A DNA stretch of 64,000 nucleotides from an uncultured Brevibacillus sp. (GTDB lineage: Bacteria; Bacillota; Bacilli; Brevibacillales; Brevibacillaceae). The notes beneath the pieces are model-generated. The model was not told the origin of the DNA. It saw nothing but the letters and a program-made list of their open reading frames with translations, and searched no databases. The stretch lies in NCBI GenBank assembly GCA_946402065.1, contig CAMIVR010000014.1, positions 443 to 64,442 of the forward strand, in the 5' to 3' direction. This document shows, piece by piece, positions 31,454 to 41,237 of the stretch (positions are counted from its first letter, which is position 1; every line of letters starts with the position of its first letter). The position numbers and the translations under genes were made by a program.

Positions 31454-32923
31454 CTAGTCGTTGAGATGAAGGGTAGGCGGCAGCTCTTTAAAGCCTCTTG
31501 TTTTCGCTGCCAAAAACAGAATCCCGACGATGAGCCAAATCGTGCCCACGGTAAGCGCTAATCTGTCCATGCTGATAAATAGTGCCAATATGATGAGGAA
31601 CCCGATAAATGGCAGCAGCGTATACCGAACATGGCCGATACCGGACGGCATCCAGTTGGGCTGATCGCCAAGCTTTAGCGGCGAGCGCCCTTTCTTTTTG
31701 ACATAGTAGAGCCAGATGACGGAAAGGTTCAGCATGCCAAATCCGGTTAATGCCCCATAGTTAATCAGGCTTGACAGCTTGTCCAGCTCCGACCATAACC
31801 CTAAAATAAATTCAAATGAAACAATCAACAAAATATTCCAGTGCGGGGTTTTCCAGCGTTTATTAATCTTGGCAAAGATCGATTTCGGAATTAAATTGTC
31901 ACGGCCCATACCGTATAAAAGTCTCGCCCCCGCAGCAGTTGCCACCAGGTTGAAGACCCCTAATGACGTCAGGTACCCTGCTGTATAAAACACGCTAAAC
32001 CAGTCGCCACCCGTCATTTTCGATACCTGGAACAGCGTCGTGTTGACCCATGTGTCGTCCGTGATGTGATTTTGCCAATCCGGGATGACCAGCATGCCAA
32101 TGTAGCCGCTTAAAAACATGGTCAGTGTGCCGATCCCGATACTCCAATATATCGCTCTCGGTATGTCGCGTTTTGGCTGTTTGGATTCTTCCGCAAGGGT
32201 TGTAACGGCGTCAAATCCGAGATAACTAAAGACAGCGAGCGAAGAAGCGGAAATCAATGCAGCAAAGCTGGAGAATTGAAACGGCTCTGGACTGAACAGT
32301 GTGCCTACTCCCATCCCGTTGAAAACTGCTTTGCCCCAGACAATAAACCCGGCAAAAATGACAAACTCGCCAATAATCAGCAGCCACAATCCCATCTTGG
32401 AGAGGAGCTCTGTGCCAAAGAGGTTCAAGATGCCGGTACCGATCGAGAAGATTGCCAGAAACACCCAAAACGGGATGGCGGGGAACAGCTGCTGGGCATA
32501 CATGGCGGAGCTTGCCGACGTAACGGTGGGAATTAAAATGTAGTCCAGGATTAATACCCAGCCCGACAAAAATCCAAGGTGCACGTTCCAGCCTCGTCCG
32601 ACGTAGTTATAGACCGAGCCAGCCAAAGGGAAGTTACGAACCATTACCGAATAGCTCAATGCGGTAAACAGCATGGCAAGACCGGCAATCAGGTACGGAA
32701 GCGCTACAGTCCCACCTGATAGTTGCAGCAAAAAGCCAAAGACGATAGCCGGTGCAATCGGGACCATGTAGTTTAAGCCGAACGCGGTTAGATGGGCAAC
32801 ATTCATTTTCCGCTCTAATTCCTGCTTGTAACCGAATTTGCTTAGTTCATTTGAAGGATCTACTGTACTTTCTTGTTGAATTGGAGTGTCCATGGCGTAA
32901 TCCACCCATTTCTCATTTCCCAT
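31454..32923 (-). CDS. APC-family amino acid/amine permease
   Basis: About 12 TM; PLAGSVYNY, LGFDAVTTLAEE, RLLYGMGRD motifs; last gene of the BMC operon. Confidence 0.92.
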   Translation of the reverse strand: MGNEKWVDYAMDTPIQQESTVDPSNELSKFGYKQELERKMNVAHLTAFGLNYMVPIAPAIVFGFLLQLSGGTVALPYLIAGLAMLFTALSYSVMVRNFPLAGSVYNYVGRGWNVHLGFLSGWVLILDYILIPTVTSASSAMYAQQLFPAIPFWVFLAIFSIGTGILNLFGTELLSKMGLWLLIIGEFVIFAGFIVWGKAVFNGMGVGTLFSPEPFQFSSFAALISASSLAVFSYLGFDAVTTLAEESKQPKRDIPRAIYWSIGIGTLTMFLSGYIGMLVIPDWQNHITDDTWVNTTLFQVSKMTGGDWFSVFYTAGYLTSLGVFNLVATAAGARLLYGMGRDNLIPKSIFAKINKRWKTPHWNILLIVSFEFILGLWSELDKLSSLINYGALTGFGMLNLSVIWLYYVKKKGRSPLKLGDQPNWMPSGIGHVRYTLLPFIGFLIILALFISMDRLALTVGTIWLIVGILFLAAKTRGFKELPPTLHLND

Positions 32924-32957
32924 AAAGTACCTCCCATTTGAATTGGCAATTCAACAC

Positions 32958-33386
32958 CTACTTCTGCTCATCAGGTTTTTCTGACTGTAGATCCTCATTC
33001 TTCTTTTCTGGTTCGGGCGCATGTTCAGAGCCCGGTTCCGCAGCTTTTTCTAATTCCGGGTGAATCCTTCCTTTGCTATTTGTTCGAATATTCCGACTAA
33101 CATTGCGTTTGACTTCTTCCTTTTGCAGAATCCCCTGCATTGCTATATCCGGATGGGGAATGACATGAGCGGCAACCAGCTCTCCGACCCTTGCTGCTGC
33201 AGCTTTTCCCGCTTCGATCGCGGCATACACTGCACTGACATCGCCTTCCACCAGCACCGTTACGAGTGCTGCGTCTACTTTCTCTTGCCTCACTAATCGA
33301 ACATTCGCCGCTTTCACCATCGCATCTGCGGCTTCGATTGAACCGACGAGTCCCCTTGTTTCAATCATCCCTACTGCTTTCGTCAA
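32958..33386 (-). CDS. BMC-H shell protein with disordered C-terminal extension
   Basis: [29 protein letters not shown] plus a ~50-aa charged tail. Confidence 0.92.
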   Translation of the reverse strand: MTKAVGMIETRGLVGSIEAADAMVKAANVRLVRQEKVDAALVTVLVEGDVSAVYAAIEAGKAAAARVGELVAAHVIPHPDIAMQGILQKEEVKRNVSRNIRTNSKGRIHPELEKAAEPGSEHAPEPEKKNEDLQSEKPDEQK

Positions 33387-33666
33387 GCTCTTCCACCCTT
33401 TCGATATCGAGCGAATCGATGATTCCTACAATCAGTGCATCGATCGGCAAGCGAATGCCCGACACGATCTTTGCAGCCGTACTTCCTTTTGTCACCATCA
33501 CTTTATCGCCAACACCTGCACCAATCCGGTCAACTGCGATAAAAGGCGAGTCAATATCTGCTCCATTGGGAAGGTTTGGCTGAACGATCAAAAATTTTAA
33601 CCCTCGCAACTCTTCTTCTTTTCTCGTCGCCCACACATTACCGATCACCGTTCCGATTTGCATCAA
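33361..33666 (-). CDS. BMC-P vertex protein (EutN/CcmL family)
   Basis: GTVIGNVWATRK, AVDRIGAGVGD, DALIVGIID. Confidence 0.95.
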   Translation of the reverse strand: MMQIGTVIGNVWATRKEEELRGLKFLIVQPNLPNGADIDSPFIAVDRIGAGVGDKVMVTKGSTAAKIVSGIRLPIDALIVGIIDSLDIERVEELDESSRDD

Positions 33667-33680
33667 AAATCCACCCCTGC

Positions 33681-34349
33681 CTAGTCAATAACATCGATGC
33701 TCTTTCCCAATTCCCGCGCTGCATCACGGGCTAGAGGAGTAACAATCGTTGATTTGCGAATCACGAACCTCTGCTCCTTGCTGTTTTCTACTTCGCTTTG
33801 TGTCAGCAACTTGCCATGAAATGTGACTTGCTCACCTGCATGCGAACGGCTTGGTTCATCTCGCTCAGGTTTAAACATCGTTGCGGAAAGGTTCGCGAAT
33901 GAATGAAAGCTCACACCAAATGCCTCAAGATTTGCTTTATACTGCAACAGGTGATTGGCATACGCCTGGTTCAGGAGCCTGTTCACATCGGGACTGATGA
34001 TCCATGCCAGCTCCGCAGAGGGAATCAAACCGATGCGTACGCCTCGCATCAAGAAATGAGCCAGCCTTTTGCTGTCAGGACTATCAGCGATCCCCAACGC
34101 CCCTTTTACCAGCAAATCCTGGGAAACGTCGAAAAACAGTACAGCGTGAACATGCGGCAAAACGTCTTCTGATGACGCCGAGATTTTGACGACATTCCAT
34201 TCTTTCTCCCATTCATCATCGGGAAAGCCTTCTTTCGCATTCATCACCAACAGGTTCGGCTTGTTCCCCGCTTCACTCCCGACGTATGAGCCAAGCAGCC
34301 TGTTCAAGACTTCGCTGACGATCTCCTGTATGGCTTCACGGTCAATCAT
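33681..34349 (-). CDS. BMC-associated protein with N-terminal encapsulation peptide and C-terminal TPLARD motif
   Basis: IQEIVSEVLNRLL amphipathic helix; IVTPLARDAARELG motif typical of flavoprotein-like accessory proteins in EUT/GRM loci. Confidence 0.7.
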   Translation of the reverse strand: MIDREAIQEIVSEVLNRLLGSYVGSEAGNKPNLLVMNAKEGFPDDEWEKEWNVVKISASSEDVLPHVHAVLFFDVSQDLLVKGALGIADSPDSKRLAHFLMRGVRIGLIPSAELAWIISPDVNRLLNQAYANHLLQYKANLEAFGVSFHSFANLSATMFKPERDEPSRSHAGEQVTFHGKLLTQSEVENSKEQRFVIRKSTIVTPLARDAARELGKSIDVID

Positions 34350-34999
34350 AACGAACCTTCATACTTGAGTAATCGGCCTGTTCCACCTGTTGCCATCAAA
34401 CAGGCATTTGCTTCATCCGTATCAATGTGCATCTCCAGCTTGTAAGCAGGCGACACACGAATGAGGATTTTATCAAAAGTAATCGGCCGCTCATTCTCTA
34501 TCGCAATCCGTACATACTCGCCATTCTCGACATGATAGATTTCCGCATCGTGTGGGGTCATATGGATGTGCGCCTGGGCAATGATTAACCCTTCTTTTAC
34601 ATAAATGCTTCCCTTTGGGCCTAGAATCGTAACAGGAGAGGAGCCTTGAATGTCGCCGGATTCGCGTATGGGAGGGTGTAGTCCTAGTTTGATGGCATCT
34701 GTTTTGCTCACTTCGACCTGCGTCAGATTCCTTGTCGGTCCGAGAATCCGCACGTTCGGTATGCTTCCCCTCGACCCGATGATCGTGACCGTTTCGTTGG
34801 CGGCGAATTGGCCTGGCTGAGATAAATCTGCTTTCTTCGTTAATTCATATCCGGTTCCAAACAGCGCTTCCAGGTCAGTTTTGCTCAGATGGCAATGCCT
34901 GGCAGAAACAGCGACGGGAACAGGATGTTGCCCAGTATGGTTTGGCATAAGCTGATTGACCACCTTTTCCACGATCAATTCAATGTCTTTTGGGTTCAT
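34346..34999 (-). CDS. pduL: PduL phosphotransacylase with N-terminal encapsulation peptide
   Basis: IELIVEKVVNQL; VSARHCHL, AHIH, HIDTDEANA. Confidence 0.92.
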   Translation of the reverse strand: MNPKDIELIVEKVVNQLMPNHTGQHPVPVAVSARHCHLSKTDLEALFGTGYELTKKADLSQPGQFAANETVTIIGSRGSIPNVRILGPTRNLTQVEVSKTDAIKLGLHPPIRESGDIQGSSPVTILGPKGSIYVKEGLIIAQAHIHMTPHDAEIYHVENGEYVRIAIENERPITFDKILIRVSPAYKLEMHIDTDEANACLMATGGTGRLLKYEGSL

Positions 35000-35003
35000 T
35001 TCC

Positions 35004-35297
35004 TTACACTTCCGCATCGATTTTTGGTAAAATGCATTCCAATTCATTGTGCGGGCGTGGAATGACGTGAACGGAAACAAGCTCCCCGACGCGCCCCGCT
35101 GCTGCAGCTCCCGAGTCGGTTGCTGCTTTTACCGCTCCTACGTCCCCCCGAACCAAGACAGTGACAAGCCCGCCACCGACGTGCACCTTTCCAACCAAAT
35201 GGACATTTGCCGCTTTCACCATCGCGTCAGCGGCCTCGACAGACGCCACTAACCCTCTCGTTTCAATCATCCCTAATGCAGCAAGCTCTCTCGTCAT
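35004..35297 (-). CDS. BMC-H shell protein (EutM/PduA-like)
   Basis: [35 protein letters not shown]. Confidence 0.95.
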   Translation of the reverse strand: MTRELAALGMIETRGLVASVEAADAMVKAANVHLVGKVHVGGGLVTVLVRGDVGAVKAATDSGAAAAGRVGELVSVHVIPRPHNELECILPKIDAEV

Positions 35298-35349
35298 GCC
35301 TATTCCTCCTGAAGTTCGTTTCGGATTTTTTTACAATCGACGTTCCCAT

Positions 35350-36294
35350 CTAGCTCGACGGGAGCAGGCGCAACAGATTCCTGACTGATTGGGCCGAGGT
35401 GTCCAACGCCTGCTGCTCTTCTCGTGTCAACGGCAACTCGATGATGCTTTCCATTCCGTTGCCGCCTAGCACAGTAGGCACTCCTAAACATATCCGTTCG
35501 TAGCCGTATTCCCCCGTCAAGTACGCGATGGCGGGAAGGACTCTTTTTTTGTCTTTCACAATCGCTTCGGCCATCTGTACCAATGCCGCAGCAGGAGCGT
35601 AATATGCGCTGCCTTGGCCGAGGAGATGGACGATTTCCCCTCCGCCATTGCGGGTGCGTTCAACGATCGCTGCAATTTTTTCTGCGGAAAGCATCCGTTC
35701 CAGCGGAATGCCGCCTACATGGGAGAATCGAATCAATGGCACCATCGTGTCGCCATGCCCGCCTAAAACAAATCCGGATATATCTTCAACCGAAACATGC
35801 AGCTCTTGGGCAACAAATGTATTGAAGCGAGCTGTATCCAGTACCCCTGACTGCCCGATCACTCTGTTTCTTGAAAATCCCGTCGTTTTATAACAAACAT
35901 ATGTCATGGCATCTACCGGATTGGTCAAGACCAATACACAGCTTTCAGGAGCATAGCGGACGATGTTTTCGGACACCTCCGTTACGATTTTTGCATTGGT
36001 GGCGACCAGATCGTCTCTGCTCATCCCTGGCTTCCTGGCAAGCCCTGCCGTAATGATAACCAGCTCGGCATCCTGTAAGTCTGCATAATCGCACGTTCCT
36101 GTAATCGTGGCATCAAATCCTTGCACCGGACCTGCTTCCTGCAGGTCTAGCGCCTTTCCCATCGTCGGATTCCTCATGGCAGGAATATCCAATAGCACGA
36201 TGTCGCCAAGCTCTTTTTGGGCTAACATGAGAGCTGCCGTCGTCCCCGTAAAACCGGCTCCAATCACGGCAATTTTCTTTCGTTTACATGCCAC
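35350..36294 (-). CDS. mdh: Malate dehydrogenase (LDH-like type) inside the BMC operon
   Basis: [33 protein letters not shown]; GTG start at 36294 best fits the RBS (ORF track starts at 36336). Confidence 0.9.
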   Translation of the reverse strand: MACKRKKIAVIGAGFTGTTAALMLAQKELGDIVLLDIPAMRNPTMGKALDLQEAGPVQGFDATITGTCDYADLQDAELVIITAGLARKPGMSRDDLVATNAKIVTEVSENIVRYAPESCVLVLTNPVDAMTYVCYKTTGFSRNRVIGQSGVLDTARFNTFVAQELHVSVEDISGFVLGGHGDTMVPLIRFSHVGGIPLERMLSAEKIAAIVERTRNGGGEIVHLLGQGSAYYAPAAALVQMAEAIVKDKKRVLPAIAYLTGEYGYERICLGVPTVLGGNGMESIIELPLTREEQQALDTSAQSVRNLLRLLPSS

Positions 36295-36339
36295 GCTCAT
36301 GCCTCCTTCCAACTGCTGACGTTCATATCCATCCAAGAG

Positions 36340-36609
36340 CTATTTCACGATGCTTCTGACACCTATACCCGGTTGAGGGATGACAGCAGAGGAGATCAGG
36401 GCCCCGGCGCGGTGAGCTACTTTTGCACCCGCGTCTACAGCCACCTGTACCGCACTGACATCCCCTTCGACGAAAATCGTTATCAGCGGTATCACTACTT
36501 TTTCCTGATTGACGATACTGACATTCGCTGCTTTTAACATCGCATCAGCTACTTCTATGGAAATCGCCAACCCTCGCGTTTCAATCATCCCTAGCGCTTT
36601 GTTTGCCGT
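36340..36609 (-). CDS. Divergent BMC-H shell protein, apparent ACG start
   Basis: GGAGG-N7-ACG GCA AAC AAA GCG CTA GGG ATG ATT GAA; ADAMLKAANV, GDVSAV. Confidence 0.85.
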   Translation of the reverse strand, partial: TANKALGMIETRGLAISIEVADAMLKAANVSIVNQEKVVIPLITIFVEGDVSAVQVAVDAGAKVAHRAGALISSAVIPQPGIGVRSIVK

Positions 36610-36651
36610 CCTTACTCCTCCCTGTCACTAGATTGGCAATCCTTGGAAACG

Positions 36652-36930
36652 TTATGGCAAAATGCTTGCCAATTCGTGGTGAGGTCGTGGGATGACATGG
36701 ACAGAGAGAATTTCGCCCACGCGCTGTGCTGCTGCACTTCCTGCCTCTGTTGCTGCTTTTACAGCCCCGACGTCACCGGTTACCAGCACGGTGACAATCC
36801 CGCCGCCTACATGAACCTTCCCGACAATATTAACGTTTGCCGCCTTTACCATCGCGTCTGCCGCTTCTAATGAGGCCACTAACCCTCTCGTTTCGATCAT
36901 GCCCAGTGCACCGTTTACTTCTTTCGCCAT
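36652..36930 (-). CDS. BMC-H shell protein (EutM/PduA-like)
   Basis: [25 protein letters not shown]. Confidence 0.95.
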   Translation of the reverse strand: MAKEVNGALGMIETRGLVASLEAADAMVKAANVNIVGKVHVGGGIVTVLVTGDVGAVKAATEAGSAAAQRVGEILSVHVIPRPHHELASILP

Positions 36931-36946
36931 ATTCTATTCCTCCCTG

Positions 36947-38479
36947 TTATTGTTTGTAGTACTGTTCCATAACGCTCCTGACCATTTTAGAGATCATGTC
37001 GGGTTCAATCGAGCTGGCTTTCGACTGTACCTCATGCAGTACTTGTTCGACAATCTGTTCAACGCTGTCGGTGTTCCTGTGTTTTTCTGGGCGGTCGTTG
37101 CCCTGCTGAACGGGATTCGGTATAGCAACATCCTTGATCCCGTAAGCAACTCGCTTTATGTTGATCAAGTGACGCGCTGAGATGTTGTCAGATGAGATAT
37201 TCCCGCCGTATGCCCCGCATCCCAAAGTCATGGATGGCGCCAAAGCCGTCGTCGCTCCTGCTGCTCCGATGGAAGCAAGCGTGTTCACCAGGATACGAGA
37301 CACTGGCATGTGGATTCCGAACATTCTGATAACATTTTCATCATTTGTGTGAATCGAAAAACTATGCCCTCTTCCGCCAAGGTTCAGTAATTCCATACAA
37401 ACTTTTTGCGCTTCCGCTTCGCTTTTGACAGTATACATCGCAAAGATAGGAGAGAGCTTTTCGATAGACAGGGGAATGTCCTTGCCAATCCGCTCTTCTT
37501 CTGCGATTAATAATCGTGTCCCCGCAGGAACGACTATACCTGCCATGTCTGCGATTGTCTTGGCCGAACGCCCGACAATCGCCGGGTTCAGATTTCCTTT
37601 CGTGGGCGATATCACTTGTTCCAGCTTCGCCTTTTCGGCTTCACTGAGGAAATATCCGCCGTTGTTTTTCAACTCTCTCATCACCAATGTCTTGATGTTG
37701 TGGTCGACCACAATCGCCTGTTCGGAAGCACAAATGGTTCCGTGATCAAACGTTTTGCTGTCGACAATCATTCTTACTGCCTTGCTCACATTAGCCGTTT
37801 TCTCGATGTATACGGGAACATTTCCCGGCCCTACACCGTAGGCTGGTTTCCCGGAGCTGTAAGCGGCTCGTACCAACCCGCTCCCTCCTGTTGCCAAAAT
37901 TAAATGGACATCTTGATGCTTCATCAGCTCGACGGTTGTTCCCATAGCTGGTTTGGAAATCCAGCCGATTACGCCCTCCGGTGCGCCAGCTTCTACAGCC
38001 GCCTTGCTGCAAATCCTCAACGCCTCCACCGTGCACCTCACCGCCGATGGGTGCGGGCTGACGACAAGCGCATTTCTTGTCTTCAGCGCGATCAGCGTTT
38101 TAAAAATAGCCGTGGATGTAGGGTTTGTCGTCGGAATAATCCCTGCAATGACGCCAAAAGGATAGGCAATCTCTGTAATCTTCTGTTGATGATCTTCCCG
38201 AATGACGCCAACTGTTTTTTCGTCCTTGATATATTGGTAGAGGTCCCTGGAGCATAATTCGTTTTTGAGCTTTTTGTGCTCCACGACACCCATTCCCGTT
38301 TCATCGACGGCCAATTGCGCCAGAGCTTCAGATGCTTGAAAAGCGGCTTCTGCGACGTTTTTCACGATCCGATCCACTTGTTCCTGCGTGAACGCGAGAA
38401 ACGCGGTTTGGGCTGCTTTTGCTCGCTTTACTGCTTCTCTCATTTCCTGGATCGACTGCAAGTCGTAATCCAACGCCAT
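36947..38479 (-). CDS. CoA-acylating aldehyde dehydrogenase (EutE/PduP-type) with C-terminal encapsulation peptides
   Basis: PTTNPTST, ATGG, GVGPGN, ICASEQ, EKLSP, TLGCG; tail helices VEQIVEQVLHEV and ISKMVRSVMEQY; ATG 38479 follows AGGAG. Confidence 0.93.
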   Translation of the reverse strand: MALDYDLQSIQEMREAVKRAKAAQTAFLAFTQEQVDRIVKNVAEAAFQASEALAQLAVDETGMGVVEHKKLKNELCSRDLYQYIKDEKTVGVIREDHQQKITEIAYPFGVIAGIIPTTNPTSTAIFKTLIALKTRNALVVSPHPSAVRCTVEALRICSKAAVEAGAPEGVIGWISKPAMGTTVELMKHQDVHLILATGGSGLVRAAYSSGKPAYGVGPGNVPVYIEKTANVSKAVRMIVDSKTFDHGTICASEQAIVVDHNIKTLVMRELKNNGGYFLSEAEKAKLEQVISPTKGNLNPAIVGRSAKTIADMAGIVVPAGTRLLIAEEERIGKDIPLSIEKLSPIFAMYTVKSEAEAQKVCMELLNLGGRGHSFSIHTNDENVIRMFGIHMPVSRILVNTLASIGAAGATTALAPSMTLGCGAYGGNISSDNISARHLINIKRVAYGIKDVAIPNPVQQGNDRPEKHRNTDSVEQIVEQVLHEVQSKASSIEPDMISKMVRSVMEQYYKQ

Positions 38480-38532
38480 CAGCGGACCACTCCTTTCTTG
38501 CAAAATAGAGAGCGACGTATTCATTCCGAAGT

Positions 38533-38856
38533 CTATATTCGATAAAACGTAGCCATTCCCGTTCCCTGCTCGCCTTCTCGGGCAGATTGCTTCGTAGCGA
38601 TTGCTGCCTCCAGAGCAGCAGTGATATCGCGCCACGTGTTTAATTCGTCGGCGGTAAGCGGAGGGTATGCAAACTGCTCTTGCAATGCAGGCTTGGCTGT
38701 CATTGTCTGCTGCATGGAAGCAGTCAGTCTGTTCCACCTTTTGATTTCTTCCTCTGAAAGCGGAGGGTATTTGTCACTTGATGGTTGGGCTTCGGCGTAC
38801 TCCGCCAGCTTGGCGAGTACGAGTCTTGTAACCTTTTCTACTAGGCTCGGATCCAT
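38533..38856 (-). CDS. Hypothetical BMC protein: encapsulation peptide plus two YPPL..E...W..T repeats
   Basis: GGAGGTG RBS, ATG 38856; MDPSLVEKVTRLVLAKL; YPPLSEEEIKRWNRLTASMQ / YPPLTADELNTWRDITAALE. Confidence 0.8.
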   Translation of the reverse strand: MDPSLVEKVTRLVLAKLAEYAEAQPSSDKYPPLSEEEIKRWNRLTASMQQTMTAKPALQEQFAYPPLTADELNTWRDITAALEAAIATKQSAREGEQGTGMATFYRI

Positions 38857-38942
38857 GTTCACACCTCCAATACGGTACCGGTTCGCTGTCGATGCCCCGG
38901 CCGGCAGCTGCAAAAGCCTGGCTTTTGGTCGGGGCCCAAGCG

Positions 38943-40205
38943 TTAGCGAACCATTTGCGCTGCTTGTCTAATACTGAGCTCACATCGCGAAAGCAGTTCA
39001 TCACAATAGGCTTGATCGCACAGCAGACCCGGTTTAAATTGGAGTACCCTCGGGTCAAGCATGGAATAAATCGCCCACACCCCATTGTTGTAGAGCGCGC
39101 GCATTACATGCTTCGCTCCTTCTGGATGACTGAATTCCAACCCCATCACAACGCCTAACTGACGAATACCCGTAAAGAAATCAGCGTTTTTCTGCCTGAT
39201 GGTCTCAAGTCCTGTGCGCAAATAACGAGCGACGAACTCGACATTTTGCCTTACTTCCTTGCGTTGGGATATCTCCAATACTTTCATCGCGACAATACAT
39301 CCGAGTTCCGCCCCGCCGAATGTCGAGATATGGGCAAAACCATCCTCGTTCATCCACTGACCCGCCTGTTTGCTGACAACCGTAGCTGCGATTGGGTAAA
39401 TACCGCCGCCAAATCCTTTGGAGGTAACGAGAATGTCGGGCTCCACCCCATAATGCTCAATCCCCCATAGCTTGCCTGTACGCATCAAGCCGGTCTGCAC
39501 TTCATCGCATACGTATAGTGAGCCGTACGTTTCGCACAGCTTTTTCACTGAGGCAAGGTAATCTCTGTCCGGCAGGGGAAATCCATATGTCGCGGGAATC
39601 GTTTCAATGACGACGCAGGCGGCATCTTCCATCGAAAGCGCCTTCTCCATTGCCCCGAGATCATTCAGCGGAACATGTACAAATTCGCCTGGATTGCCTT
39701 CGCTCAGAAACGGGCGGGAATAACGCTCATTCCCCAGCGATACCGCTAATCCCGAGTGTCCGTGATAGCCATACTCAATGGACACGACCTTTTTTCGTTT
39801 CGTGGCATACCTGGCGCATTTGACTGCAAGGTCAATCGCTTCACTTCCGCCACTCGAGAAAATCGAGTAAGTCAAGCTGCTCGGCGTACACTGCGACAGA
39901 TCTTCGGCAAGCTGTGCGCGAGTGATGGCGGGAAAGTGATGATTGCCTATATCAAACTCGTCCAAGGCCTCTTTCAACGTGGCCACAAGCTCAGGATTGC
40001 GGTGCCCGAGATTGTATGTGCCTCCATTTAAATGGACATCCATCAGTTTTTTGCCATTCATATCATAAAGATAATAGCCTTCGCGCTTCCCGATCACGAG
40101 ATCGACGCCGTCTTTTTGCCATTGCTTTGTCTTTCCCGGATTCCACCATTTGATTGATTGTTCAAGGACGGTTTCTTTGCTTTTTGTGCTAAATGTACCC
40201 ATCAT
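38943..40205 (-). CDS. Class III PLP-dependent aminotransferase-fold enzyme (putative amino-alcohol phosphate phospho-lyase)
   Basis: SGGSEA, YHG, DEVQTGLMRTG, PDILVTSKGFGGG, STFGG; function inferred from context. Confidence 0.85.
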   Translation of the reverse strand: MMGTFSTKSKETVLEQSIKWWNPGKTKQWQKDGVDLVIGKREGYYLYDMNGKKLMDVHLNGGTYNLGHRNPELVATLKEALDEFDIGNHHFPAITRAQLAEDLSQCTPSSLTYSIFSSGGSEAIDLAVKCARYATKRKKVVSIEYGYHGHSGLAVSLGNERYSRPFLSEGNPGEFVHVPLNDLGAMEKALSMEDAACVVIETIPATYGFPLPDRDYLASVKKLCETYGSLYVCDEVQTGLMRTGKLWGIEHYGVEPDILVTSKGFGGGIYPIAATVVSKQAGQWMNEDGFAHISTFGGAELGCIVAMKVLEISQRKEVRQNVEFVARYLRTGLETIRQKNADFFTGIRQLGVVMGLEFSHPEGAKHVMRALYNNGVWAIYSMLDPRVLQFKPGLLCDQAYCDELLSRCELSIRQAAQMVR

Positions 40206-40312
40206 CTTCGCTCCATTTCGAATTTTCGCCCAACGATTCGCCGTTTTTATCCGTGACACTTTCCGGCCACGCTCGGCAAACTGTTTACCTTGAAGTCTCT
40301 GGCCATCCTCTT

Positions 40313-41095
40313 TTAAACGGTTTCCTCGTCGGCGAATATCAGTTGGATTTCTGTATGAGCGAGCATCTGCTTCCACTCATCCGGACAATGCCAGTCAGAG
40401 ACGATTGTCGAAACATCCTCCAATTGGCAAACGTGAGCAAACGTTGTTTTTCCCAGCTTGGTATAGTCGGCCAAAACAATAAGCTCCTCCGCTCGTTCTT
40501 TTAACATGCGCGACATATGCGCTTGGTTTAGGTCATAATCGGAGATCCCGTCGACAGTCGAAACGCCGCCAGCTGAAATGAACGCTTTGTTCGCCTTCAT
40601 TTGCCGTAGCATTCCTTCGGATAGCGGACCGATCGTCGACTTCTGCTTGACGTCAACTTCCCCGCCGATAAAAATGATCCGTCCCTTAAAGCTTTCCATC
40701 GCCAGCAGCATGATCGGCGCGGAATGGGTGATCAGCGTCACATTGTTTTTGCCATCCAAATACCGGATAATGTCAATCAGCGTAGTGCCGTTGCCAAGCA
40801 TGATGATGTCGTTGTCCTCGACCAGCGAAGCTGCCAGTTTCCCGATGGCCCGCTTCTCCTTTTCATTAATCATCGCTTTTTGATCAAAAGGCGGCTCCGA
40901 TGAATCCGATCTTGCCAGGATTGCTCCACCGTAGACTTTTTTTAATTTGCCTTGCTTCTCTAGCCGATCCAAGTCACGGCGGATCGTTTCCGTGGAAACG
41001 TTTAACTCCTCGGCCAATATCGGAACATGCAGCTTTTCATCTCTGACCAGCCGTTCTAAAATTGTCTTTTTTCTTTCTTCAAAAGATAGGGACAT
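40313..41095 (-). CDS. DeoR/GlpR-family transcriptional regulator
   Basis: NVSTETIRRDL HTH, KVYGGA, DeoR C-terminal sensor domain. Confidence 0.93.
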   Translation of the reverse strand: MSLSFEERKKTILERLVRDEKLHVPILAEELNVSTETIRRDLDRLEKQGKLKKVYGGAILARSDSSEPPFDQKAMINEKEKRAIGKLAASLVEDNDIIMLGNGTTLIDIIRYLDGKNNVTLITHSAPIMLLAMESFKGRIIFIGGEVDVKQKSTIGPLSEGMLRQMKANKAFISAGGVSTVDGISDYDLNQAHMSRMLKERAEELIVLADYTKLGKTTFAHVCQLEDVSTIVSDWHCPDEWKQMLAHTEIQLIFADEETV

Positions 41096-41237
41096 AGTCT
41101 ACTAGCACCTCATCTGTTTTAATCAGCATGTGTACCGGTTTTCCACAACATGCCTCGCAAGCAGCCTGCCCTTTCCGTCGCCGGAGCTGTAAACAGCGAT
41201 ATGCTGAGCGCAAGCGCTTTATGGTACGTGTCCTATT

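Noticed and set aside
32958-38479. Calling the BMC a canonical eut or pdu locus
   Set aside because: No eutBC, pduCDE, cobalamin or glycyl-radical genes; the signature enzymes differ
38480-38737. N-terminal extension of the aldehyde dehydrogenase in the ORF track (596 aa)
   Set aside because: Overlaps the 107-aa gene; the RBS and homology-like sequence start at ATG 38479
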